DNA from: Candidatus Electrothrix yaqonensis
Lineage (GTDB): Bacteria > Desulfobacterota > Desulfobulbia > Desulfobulbales > Desulfobulbaceae
Length of the DNA stretch: 32,000 nucleotides
NCBI GenBank assembly: GCA_047651235.1
Contig: CP178758.1
Span: forward strand, 2,820,001-2,852,000
Reading direction: 5' to 3'
The translations under genes and the position numbers were made by a program. Of this stretch, positions 18,047 through 26,592 are shown one piece after another. Within the stretch, counting starts at the first letter, position 1, and every line of letters starts with the position of its first letter. A model generated the notes under the pieces. It was not told the origin of the DNA and ran no database searches. It was given only the letters and a program-made list of their open reading frames with translations.

Positions 18047-18640
18047 AGTAATTCCTCTCTTGTAAAATTTTTTATTTTATAACAGCGCCCCAAAAAAGAA
18101 AAATATTCTTTCAAGCTTTGCTGAAGTAAACGGAATAATCGTAATCAGTTAGTTTGGGTGGCAAAGGCTGATAAGCTGCTGCAAAAACCGCAGAAAAGTA
18201 TGTACAATAATTCTGCTAAACAGACAACATAAAAAGTATCGTCGGGAGTGTAATGCGGTTGTACTTGTAGAGATGCAGGAACAGGCATACCGGAAGGGCC
18301 TTGCGGAGGGAACCCGCAGACGCCGTCCGGGAGGCGGCAAAAAGGGCGCCCTGCCTGCCGAACCAGGAACCGGGAAGCTGCTCACGGTTGAACTTGAGCA
18401 TGGAAACCTCGACCGCCATTTCTAGGAATTTCCCTTTCAGGCTGTTGATCAGCCCCCGCTGACTCAGGTCGATTTCGTCCACACTGCTCAAGCCTGTTTC
18501 CAGCCTGTCCGGCTGTATATTTTCGGTGGAGAAAGGCGGGGAATTCAGTTATGGTGAGGAATTTATAGAACTCAAGCAAAATAATCCCTCATCCCGCGCC
18601 TATCCGGGGTGAGACAACAACAGATGAAAGAGAGCAATCA

Positions 18641-19480
18641 ATGGATACAGAAAGCTTTTTGCAGGAAAATCAAGAAAATCTCAACAACATCCTCCGACCC
18701 TTTCAAAAAGAGATCAACCGTGGTCAACGGCTGGCTGATTTTCTCAAACAATGTGTGCGTTGCTTGGGTCGTAATGATTTTCTGCAACTGGAAGAGCTGT
18801 TAAACTCCAAGATAGCGCAGAACGTGGAAGACGAAGATGCCTTGAGCGAGTGCGGGCCTCTTTTCCAGACCCTGCGGGAATATGCCGGGGAACAGGTGGA
18901 GAAATATCGCTTTGCGTTTATCGAAGACCTTTCCCGGCTGGCCGAAGAGGCCGAGTTGCCCATTGAAATTGATTTCCCCCGTTTCACCGTGCTCAAAGGC
19001 ATTGAGGGGGAGATTGATTTCAGTAAGCGTACCACCTCCATCAATAAAAAAGTCCTCAAATCCATTGATCCCCGCCGCATTGTCACTGCAGCCCTACGCT
19101 GGAAAAAGCAGCTCTATGATGGTCCCTTTGATCCCCAGACCTTTGTAGACGGTCTGTACGCAACCTATACAAAGATCAATCAACAGGAGGATGCAGCACC
19201 AGGGCATCCAGTGGGGATTCAGCAGTTTTACCTGGAATATGTGATTTCCCTGCAAAGCAAAGCATTTTTCATCAATATGGATAAGAGCAAATTTCGGGGT
19301 TACAGCCTGGAGCAGTTCGGTGTGGATCTGTGGCGATATTTTGAAGCAGGTATCGGCGGCACCTCTGATGGTATGATGTTGCAGCTGCGGCCAGGGCGCA
19401 ACAATTCCCTGTGGCTGATCGACAGTGATGGTGAACGCCGCCAGATTACCGGAATTTCCTTTCAGGAGAGAGCGATATGA
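18641..19480 (+). CDS. hypothetical protein (gene A of three-gene NTPase operon), no recognisable motif
   Basis: 279-aa ORF with an AG-rich RBS-like stretch (GAAAGAGAG) upstream. Its stop overlaps the next start (ATGA at 19477-19480). Confidence 0.7.
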   Translation: MDTESFLQENQENLNNILRPFQKEINRGQRLADFLKQCVRCLGRNDFLQLEELLNSKIAQNVEDEDALSECGPLFQTLREYAGEQVEKYRFAFIEDLSRLAEEAELPIEIDFPRFTVLKGIEGEIDFSKRTTSINKKVLKSIDPRRIVTAALRWKKQLYDGPFDPQTFVDGLYATYTKINQQEDAAPGHPVGIQQFYLEYVISLQSKAFFINMDKSKFRGYSLEQFGVDLWRYFEAGIGGTSDGMMLQLRPGRNNSLWLIDSDGERRQITGISFQERAI

Positions 19481-20766
19481 AGAGTATGGAAGAGCTGGGG
19501 CAGCTAAAGCCCTTCCAGGCCCGCTCTATTATTGAGGAGTTACGCAAAGGCAGTGTTCCGGCGGAGTATGTCCCGTTTTTCACGGTGGGCCGCGATAATT
19601 GGCTCACCTTTATCGAAGATGACCTGGCCAATTACATTGCCGAAGGCGGGGCCAAAGTCCGCTTTCTCAGTGGCGATTACGGGGACGGTAAGACCCATTT
19701 CATGTCAGTCATCCAACACCTTGCCCTGCAGGAAGGTTTTGGTGTCTCCTTTGTGGTCCTGACCCGGGAAACACCGATTCATAAGTTTGAGGCGGTCTAC
19801 CAAGCCATTACCCAACAGCTTCATGGTCGTTTTGAGGGCATCGGTATCCGCAATCTCTTACGGCAATGGTTGGAGACTCTGGCTGAAAAAGAAGAACCCT
19901 CCCTTGCCCAACTGGCTGATATGGCAGAGACCCTACGCAACCTTCCGGGTATGAACATCAACTTTGCCAACGCCCTCACTGCTCTGGCCCATAATCGCTT
20001 TGTGCCCTTGGAAGAGGGCGAGGAGCAGGAAGAACGAGATACTGCGCAGGAAATTATCTTTCACTGGTTTGAGGGCGGCAAGGTGACCAAGCGCGAGTTG
20101 AAACCATTCGGAATTTTTGAGGTGGTCAACAAATCCAACAGCAAGCAATTGCTCAATTCCCTGAATGTTTTTCTGCGCCATTTTGGACACAAGGGCTTGA
20201 TCCTGTTGCTTGATGAACTGGAAACCGTCATTGCCCAGTCTGCTTCCATGCGCAACGCAGCCTATGAAAATGTGCGCCTGCTCATCGACAACTCCGAACA
20301 TGCGGAATATTTTCATATCTTTTTCTCCATTATCCCTGACGTGCTGCTCTCGGAAAAGGGCTTTAAATCCTATGATGCCCTGTGGAGCCGGGTACGCAGC
20401 ATCGGCCAGAAGAAACAACTCAACTACCGGGGCGTGCTGATTGATCTGCATCGCACCCCCTTGACCAGTCAGGAGCTGATAGAGCTGGGCCGCTGTTTAC
20501 GCCGGATTCACGAGATATCCTATCGCTGGAAAGCTGAGGATTCAGTGCCGGACAAGCTGCTGGAGGATGTCTGCACAAATCAGGAAAAGATGGGCCTGCT
20601 CAGTGAGGTGCGCCTATTCATCAAACAGCTCATCAGCATTCTTGATATGGCGGAACAGGGCGAAACACCGACGGAAGAGCTTGATCTTGAGCAGCACGTC
20701 GTGTCCAGCCAGCAGGAAATGGATCAGGAAAAAGTGGAACAACTGCAACCGAGCTGGGATAAGTAA
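19477..20766 (+). CDS. BrxD/DUF2791-type P-loop NTPase (BREX ATP-binding-domain family), gene B
   Basis: N-terminal ARSIIEELRKGSVPAEYVPFFTVGRD, Walker A GDYGDGKTH, Walker B GLILLLDELE. Family call is from motif memory. Confidence 0.8.
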   Translation: MKSMEELGQLKPFQARSIIEELRKGSVPAEYVPFFTVGRDNWLTFIEDDLANYIAEGGAKVRFLSGDYGDGKTHFMSVIQHLALQEGFGVSFVVLTRETPIHKFEAVYQAITQQLHGRFEGIGIRNLLRQWLETLAEKEEPSLAQLADMAETLRNLPGMNINFANALTALAHNRFVPLEEGEEQEERDTAQEIIFHWFEGGKVTKRELKPFGIFEVVNKSNSKQLLNSLNVFLRHFGHKGLILLLDELETVIAQSASMRNAAYENVRLLIDNSEHAEYFHIFFSIIPDVLLSEKGFKSYDALWSRVRSIGQKKQLNYRGVLIDLHRTPLTSQELIELGRCLRRIHEISYRWKAEDSVPDKLLEDVCTNQEKMGLLSEVRLFIKQLISILDMAEQGETPTEELDLEQHVVSSQQEMDQEKVEQLQPSWDK

Positions 20767-20769
20767 GCC

Positions 20770-22014
20770 ATGAGTAAGGATATGCCAGCCTTTGTCCAGC
20801 TCCTGGAAAAGGCAGATAATTTTACCTTGCGACGGGCCGTGGAACGGTTGCGGGAGGGCCTGTTTGATCCTTTTGGGGTGAGCCTGCTCACTGCCCGTGA
20901 GAGCCAGTTGAACAAGGTTTTTGATCAGGGTGCGCAGGATGTAGCCAAAAACAAGAGCACCCATCTCTGCGTCTGCGGCTCCTATGGTCAGGGAAAATCC
21001 CATAGCCTGACCTATCTGCGCCAACGGGCCCTGCAACAGGGTTTTGCAGTCAGCTCGATCAATCTTGACCCCAGGGAAGTGCCCCTGCACGACTTTCACC
21101 AGGTCTATCGTGCTCTGGTGAACCAGATTGCCTTTCCTGACAGCGATGACTCGCTGGTCAAGGTCTGGGAGCAATGGACCAAAGAAGGGTATAAACAACA
21201 GCTCAAAGGCAAAAAGGCTGATCCCCTCTCAGTTATTCCTGACTGTATGCCCCATGTCTTCAAAGCCGTGCTTACGGCCCTGGCGAACGATAATATGCAG
21301 CTTTCCAGGCGGCAAAAAGGCTTGAAAAAACATGCTGCTTTCCGGCCCCGGTAATTTCCCTGGATTCTGACCAATGCCCTGAACGGAAATTCGCCGCCCG
21401 TGGTTCGTCTCAGACAGGCCCTGAAATATCGGGAGGTTTCCTTTTACAAGGAGCAATCCCTGGTGTGCAAGGGCTGGGAGCCGTATTTTGCTCTGGTCAG
21501 AGGACTGGGACTCATGTTTCAGCAGATGGGTTATAAGGGTTGGGTGCTGCTGTTTGATGAGGCAGAAGCCATTGCCCAGACCCGAATTAATCTGCGCCGC
21601 AAAAGCTACGCCATTTTACAACGCTTTTTTTGCCCGGATACGCCGTTAAACGGCCTTTATCCGGTCTTTTCCTTTACCGATGATTTTTTTTCCACGGTCA
21701 AAGGGGAGGATTACGACCGGGTGGATACTCGCGGTGAAACGGAGCAACCCTATTTCGCGGAAAACTATGCCAGGGCCTGGCGTCGCCTCAATATCCATAA
21801 TCTGCACGATCTGTCCAGTCTGGAGTGGCAAGCTCTGGCTGAAAAGTTGATTTATGTACATGGCAAAGCCTATGCCTGGCAAGCGGAACCGAAGCAACTC
21901 CAAAGACAGCTGGCTGCCACGCTCAAGGAAACAGGTTTGCGTGAGGCCCGTTTGAAGATAAAGGCGTTGGTTAATCAATTGGATTTTGTTCAGCAGGGGG
22001 TTGTGCTGGGGTGA
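20770..22014 (+). pseudogene. second BrxD/DUF2791-type P-loop NTPase (gene C), interrupted by one in-frame TAA at 21352-21354
   Basis: ORFs 20770-21354 and 21400-22014 are in the same frame, and the 45 nt between them are open (FPWILTNALNGNSPP). Walker A GSYGQGKSH lies before the stop and Walker B WVLLFDEAE after it. Paralogous to gene B. Confidence 0.75.
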
Positions 22015-22284
22015 GAGAGATACATCAGCAGCGATACGTTATGACTTTTACGGATCAATTTCCCCATGCCGTTGAAGTCTAATCCGTTTTTTTCGCCGCA
22101 AGCGGCGGGGTATTAAAAACCCAAGGCTTCGCAATAAAAGTTTAACCGCCATCAGCGGAATCGATATATACTGTCCCCCGGATAAAGCTGAGCTTTTGGC
22201 ACCCTGGATATCTAACTGATTTCACAAGATTGAATTTGAGCAAAAGAATTTAAATTTTTTCCGGTGCCGAGTATACAAAAGATA

Positions 22285-22322
22285 TTGACAAAAGGTTGTC
22301 TTTTGTTTAATCATATGATTAA
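22285..22322 (+). promoter_or_regulatory. putative arsR-family promoter with operator palindrome
   Basis: TTGACA at 22285-22290. Perfect 16-bp palindrome TTAATCATATGATTAA at 22307-22322, overlapping the expected -10 position, ~40 bp upstream of the ArsR-family ATG. Confidence 0.45.
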
Positions 22323-22360
22323 TAAGTTAATTTATAAAACAACTAATCAGAGAGAGGATA

Positions 22361-22645
22361 ATGGATAATCAAGTCAATGATCTCGCCCTGCTGCTCAAAT
22401 CCATCTCCCATCCCATCCGGCTGAAAATCCTCTGCCTGCTTCAGGAGGGAGAGTTGTCAGTCAGTGCAATTCGGGAAAATGTGGAGACCAGCGGGGCAAA
22501 TATCAGCCAGCATCTGAACATTATGCGCAACCAGGGTATTATTGCTTCCCGGAAGGAGGCAAATTTTATCTACAACCGGATTGCGGATGAGCGGGTTCTT
22601 GAGTTAATGAAGACTATGCGGCAGTTGTTCTGCAGCATCGCCTGA
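22361..22645 (+). CDS. ArsR/SmtB-family transcriptional regulator
   Basis: Winged-HTH signature LLKSISHPIRLKILCLL...LSVSAIRENVETSGANISQHLNIMRNQGII. GAGAGAGGA RBS. Confidence 0.9.
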   Translation: MDNQVNDLALLLKSISHPIRLKILCLLQEGELSVSAIRENVETSGANISQHLNIMRNQGIIASRKEANFIYNRIADERVLELMKTMRQLFCSIA

Positions 22646-22725
22646 GCAGATGTCGGCATTCGGCATGAAGAGGTAAACAGCCCTGATTTTCAGGGACAGA
22701 ACATATTCAAAAACAGGAGGCAATC

Positions 22726-25356
22726 ATGCAGCTATCCAGCAGAGCAATTCAGTTTTCTTTGCACAAACCTCGGGTGGTGACCGCCGTTATGGTGCTGTTC
22801 ACCCTGATCATCGGGGCCTTTATTGTCCGGGTGCATGTGGACACCGACCCGGAGAACATGCTGTCCGAGCATGAGGCGGTGCGCGTCTTTCACGATCAGA
22901 CCAAGAAGGAGTTCGGTCTGTATGACGTGGTGGTGCTGGGGGTGGTCAACGAGCATAACCCGGACGGGGTGTTCAATCCGGAAACCCTGCAGCGGGTCTC
23001 CACCCTGAGTAAATTCGCCGCTACCTTGGCTGATCCTGAGGATCCGGCACGCAGGGTGGTCAGCCGGGACATCATTGCCCCGGATAATGTGGATAATATC
23101 CTCCAGGCCGGGCTGGGGCAGGTGCGCTTTGAATGGTTGATGAAAGAGCCGCCCAAGACCAGAGAGGATGCCCTGAAGATCCGTGATGCCGCCCTGAACA
23201 ACCCTCTGCTTAAAGGGACAATGGTTTCGGAAGACGGAAAAGCCCTGGGGATTTATCTGCCCATCACCAAGAAGGATTTCGCCCATTCCTTGGCTGAACA
23301 ACTGAAAGAAAAAATTGCTGAAATCGGCGCGGGTGATGACGAGTTTCACATCACCGGTTTGCCCGTGGCCGAGGATACCTTTGGCAAGGAGATGTTTGTC
23401 CAGATGGCGGTGTCAGCACCACTTGCTATGCTCATGGTTTTCCTGCTCATGCTCTTTTTCTTTCGTAATCTCCAGCTGATCATCGCCCCGATGATCATTG
23501 CCGTGTGTACGGTGATTGTCACTATGGGGATGCTCATCGGAACCGGCCACACCTTGCACATCATGAGTTCCATGATTCCGATTTTCATCATGCCCATTGC
23601 AGTGGTGGATTCGGTCCATATTTTATCGGAATTTTTTGATGCCTATCAGCAGCGCAAAAACCGAAAAGAGACCCTGATTGAGGTCATGAGGCATCTGTTC
23701 AAGCCCATGCTCTTCACCTCACTGACCTCTTCTGCCGGGTTTGCTTCTCTGGCCTTTACCCCGATCCCACCGGTACAGGCATTTGGTATCTTTGTTGCCC
23801 TGGGTATTCTGCTGGCTTGGTTCCTGACCATTGTTTTTGTTCCGGCATACGTGATGATGATGAAGGAAGAAAGCCTGGAGAATTTCGGAGCAGGTGCAAC
23901 AGAGTCCCATGAAAATTCTCCGCTCAACCGTCATCTGCGCTGGATCGGTAAAACCTCCTCCGGCAAGCCCTGGCTGGTCATCGGTGTGAATATTGGCATC
24001 ATGGTTATCGGTGTAATTGGTATCTTCATGATTCAGGTTAATGACAACCCGGTCAAGTGGTTCAAGAAGAGCCATGAAATCCGGGTGGCGGACCGGATAC
24101 TGAACAGTCATTTCGGCGGAACCTACGAAGCCTATCTGGTATTGAAGGGCAATGTGCAGGAGATGAGCGTTGCCCAGGCAGCTACGCAGTTGAAAGAAAA
24201 ACTTCAATCCTCCTTGCAGGAATCTCCGGCAATCCTGACCTCTGCACTGGAGGATATTAAACAGGAAGCTGCGGACAGAAAAACCGTTGCTGGCTTCAAA
24301 GACGCCTTGGCCCAGCTCTGGAATATGGAACTTGACAATGCCCCGGAAGACGATGATACTGTCTATTATTCATGGGAAAAAGCTTTGGACACCCTGCCAG
24401 GAATAGGCAGTCAGAAAGAGGTATTCAAGCGGCCTGATGTGTTGCGCTATATCTCTGATCTGGATGATCATCTGGTCAAATCAGGTGATGTAGGAAAGTC
24501 CAACACGATTGCCGATGTGGTAAAAAAGGTGCATATGGAGCTCTTCGAGGGTGATCCGCAGCGCTTTTCCATCCCGGACTCGGTCAATGCTGTGGCCCAG
24601 ACCCTGATTTCCTTTCAGAACAGTCATAAGCCCGATGACCTTTGGCATTTAGTCACACCGGATTACACCAAGGCCAATATCTGGTTGCAGTTACGCAGCG
24701 GCGACAACAAGGATATGGAGCGGGTGATTGAGGAAGTGGAGCAGTATTTTGCGGCAAATCCGCCACCAGTGGAAATGAGCCATGACTGGGCCGGGCTGAC
24801 CTACATCAACGTGGTCTGGCAGGACAAAATGGTTACCGGAATGCTGGAATCCTTTCTCTCCAGTTTTGCGGTGGTCTTCCTGATGATGGCCTTCCTGTTC
24901 CGCTCACCGACCTGGGGCTTGCTGGCCATGGTGCCGCTGACCTTTACCATAGGCTTTATCTACGGCGTGATCGGCCTGATCGGCAAGGATTACGACATGC
25001 CGGTGGCCGTGCTCTCCTCGCTGGCCCTGGGACTGGCTGTGGACTTTGCTATCCACTTCCTCCAGCGCACCAGAATGACTATGGCGAAGACCGGAGATTG
25101 GGCCGCAGCTATCCGGGATATGTTTGATGATCCTGCTCGGGCCATCCTGCGCAATATCATTGTTATCGCCATCGGCTTTACCCCACTGCTGCTGGCACCG
25201 CTGGTTCCCTATCAGACCGTGGGTATCTTCCTGGCCACGATCATGTTCTACTCCGGCTTTGCCACTTTGTGGATTCTTCCGGCCCTGTTGACGGTGATGA
25301 AGGGTTGGGTGTTTAAGAAGGAATTGAAGGCTTTTGCTGAGAAGGGTGAGGGGTGA
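22726..25356 (+). CDS. MMPL/RND-superfamily exporter (HpnN-like)
   Basis: 876 aa with two 6-TM bundles separated by large periplasmic loops. Typical RND/SSD segments (FFRNLQLIIAPMI..., SMIPIFIMPIAVVDSVHIL and LSSLALGLAVDFAIHFLQR). AGGAGG RBS. Confidence 0.88.
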   Translation: MQLSSRAIQFSLHKPRVVTAVMVLFTLIIGAFIVRVHVDTDPENMLSEHEAVRVFHDQTKKEFGLYDVVVLGVVNEHNPDGVFNPETLQRVSTLSKFAATLADPEDPARRVVSRDIIAPDNVDNILQAGLGQVRFEWLMKEPPKTREDALKIRDAALNNPLLKGTMVSEDGKALGIYLPITKKDFAHSLAEQLKEKIAEIGAGDDEFHITGLPVAEDTFGKEMFVQMAVSAPLAMLMVFLLMLFFFRNLQLIIAPMIIAVCTVIVTMGMLIGTGHTLHIMSSMIPIFIMPIAVVDSVHILSEFFDAYQQRKNRKETLIEVMRHLFKPMLFTSLTSSAGFASLAFTPIPPVQAFGIFVALGILLAWFLTIVFVPAYVMMMKEESLENFGAGATESHENSPLNRHLRWIGKTSSGKPWLVIGVNIGIMVIGVIGIFMIQVNDNPVKWFKKSHEIRVADRILNSHFGGTYEAYLVLKGNVQEMSVAQAATQLKEKLQSSLQESPAILTSALEDIKQEAADRKTVAGFKDALAQLWNMELDNAPEDDDTVYYSWEKALDTLPGIGSQKEVFKRPDVLRYISDLDDHLVKSGDVGKSNTIADVVKKVHMELFEGDPQRFSIPDSVNAVAQTLISFQNSHKPDDLWHLVTPDYTKANIWLQLRSGDNKDMERVIEEVEQYFAANPPPVEMSHDWAGLTYINVVWQDKMVTGMLESFLSSFAVVFLMMAFLFRSPTWGLLAMVPLTFTIGFIYGVIGLIGKDYDMPVAVLSSLALGLAVDFAIHFLQRTRMTMAKTGDWAAAIRDMFDDPARAILRNIIVIAIGFTPLLLAPLVPYQTVGIFLATIMFYSGFATLWILPALLTVMKGWVFKKELKAFAEKGEG

Positions 25357-25363
25357 TACGGTG

Positions 25364-25412
25364 GAGGTTTTCCCGGCAGCATTCCGGTACAGGGTGTTGT
25401 CGGGAGAGCCTC
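25364..25412 (+). other. long-stem hairpin after the exporter gene
   Basis: GAGGTTTTCCCG (25364-25375) pairs with CGGGAGAGCCTC (25401-12), 12 bp including two G-U pairs. It shares the TTGTCGGGAG motif with hairpins at 14348 and 16252. No U tract. Confidence 0.35.
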
Positions 25413-25460
25413 TGATAATAATATCTTCTTACAGAATTTACAAATTGGCCGTTCAGAAAT

Positions 25461-26072
25461 ATGAAAATAGAACAGATAGTCGGAGAAATATGGATTTACC
25501 TGGTTAAAAATATAGATTGGTTATTTAGCGGGACTGGTGTATTTCTTATTGCTTACCTTGGTTCTTTGATTGCTTCAAATTTTCTCAAGCAAAGTCGTCA
25601 AGTAAACGATACAATCAGCTCTTCGGTAGTCCCTGAAGACGTTGACAATCTTTCCAGACTTCTTGTTCAAAATTTTCAAGTATTAAATCGTTATTATTCG
25701 GAAAATCTTTCCCAGGCACGCACAAGTACAATGGCAAGTCTTTCTATTGCGATTCTTGGATTTCTCGTAATCCTCGCTGGCGTACTAATAACTTTTATAG
25801 GAGATCAGGTGGTTTTGGGTACAGTTAGTTCTGGCGCAGGAATTGTATCCGAAGCAGCAGCGTTACTTTTTTTTAAACAAAACAAGTTGTTTCAAGAGCA
25901 AATGCAAAATTCTCTAAAGAAGCTTGTTTCAACCCAATATCTAATGACCTCTGTTGCTCTTGCTCGTGAACTTCCAGAAGAACAACGGTCAAAAGAACTT
26001 GTATCTATAAATGACCACTTGAGGCAATTAATGGACGTTCTTCATCAGGAGGACATTGTTCGTACAAAATAA
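25461..26072 (+). CDS. hypothetical membrane protein in a low-GC islet
   Basis: A 203-aa ORF in clearly AT-richer DNA, where long ORFs are unlikely by chance. Hydrophobic segments WLFSGTGVFLIAYLGSLIA, MASLSIAILGFLVILAGVLITFI and VSSGAGIVSEAAALLFF. No obvious RBS. Confidence 0.6.
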   Translation: MKIEQIVGEIWIYLVKNIDWLFSGTGVFLIAYLGSLIASNFLKQSRQVNDTISSSVVPEDVDNLSRLLVQNFQVLNRYYSENLSQARTSTMASLSIAILGFLVILAGVLITFIGDQVVLGTVSSGAGIVSEAAALLFFKQNKLFQEQMQNSLKKLVSTQYLMTSVALARELPEEQRSKELVSINDHLRQLMDVLHQEDIVRTK

Positions 26073-26264
26073 GCACCTTCTCCATTGACTACTCTGTAAC
26101 CATCTCGGCAGTCATCAATGTTCGTCACGGATTTGAGTTGAATTCTTCAGAACAAAGTTCGGATACGGTCATAGCTTTTTCTGCAAAAAAGGTGTCTTGT
26201 AAGATGCCAGTATTCTTCAAAGGGGTCGCTTACTGTCGCCTTTTGTTCTTCCGGTACGCGACAT

Positions 26265-26490
26265 CTACTGTTTCACTCCGGTCAGAATTACGCCGAGAAT
26301 GTTCACCTTTAACTTTTTGAGGGTGTCCAGAGCATTGTTGACTGCAGAGCGTGAGGTGCTGTTTGATTTGATAATAAATACGGTGCTACAGGGCTATTCT
26401 GTCAGCGAGAACAGAGTGTTCAATTGCTTCACTTCGTGCACTACTCTCCGGACCGCATAAAAAGCCCTTGCCGATAAAGTCGGGCGCTGA
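26265..26490 (-). pseudogene. C-terminal remnant of a BY-kinase/CpsD-type P-loop protein, frameshifted and 5'-truncated
   Basis: The minus strand reads ...STVFIIKSNSTSRSAVNNALDTLKKLKVNILGVILTGVKQ* (stop 26265-26267). In a neighbouring frame, ...DFIGKGFLCGPESSARSEAIEHSVLADRIAL*. Together these resemble the Walker-B-to-C-terminus part of CapB/PtkA-type tyrosine kinases. No Walker A part is left. Confidence 0.45.
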
Positions 26491-26521
26491 ACAGCCGCGT
26501 AGAGCGGATTACGTCTACCAT

Positions 26522-26550
26522 ATAAAAAGGCGGAGCCTTTCAGCTCCGCC
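26522..26550 (-). terminator. Rho-independent terminator of the 445-aa secreted-protein gene
   Basis: On the minus strand, the 8-bp stem GGCGGAGC/GCTCCGCC (26529-26536 / 26543-26550) is followed by TTTTTATA. Confidence 0.75.
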
Positions 26551-26592
26551 CAATCTTGCACTGCCAGTTAAAATAAGCAGCTGCTTGAAAGT

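Noticed and set aside
18340-18400. SRP-RNA-like string AACCAGGAACCGGGAAGCUGC
   Set aside because: It lacks the conserved GGAA tetraloop helix and the symmetric loop motifs of 4.5S RNA, and the surrounding sequence does not fold into the long SRP hairpin by eye.
17563-22090. Shared 9-mer AATCCGTTT at 17565-17573 and 22081-22089 as possible att-like direct repeats flanking the accessory block
   Set aside because: A single 9-bp match between two ~350-bp regions is expected by chance about half the time. No integrase, tRNA or longer repeat supports it.
22196-22216. TGGCAC motif suggesting a sigma54 promoter upstream of the ArsR gene
   Set aside because: The -12 element (TTGC at the correct 4-5 nt spacing) is missing. 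The sequence reads TGGCACCCTGGATATC.
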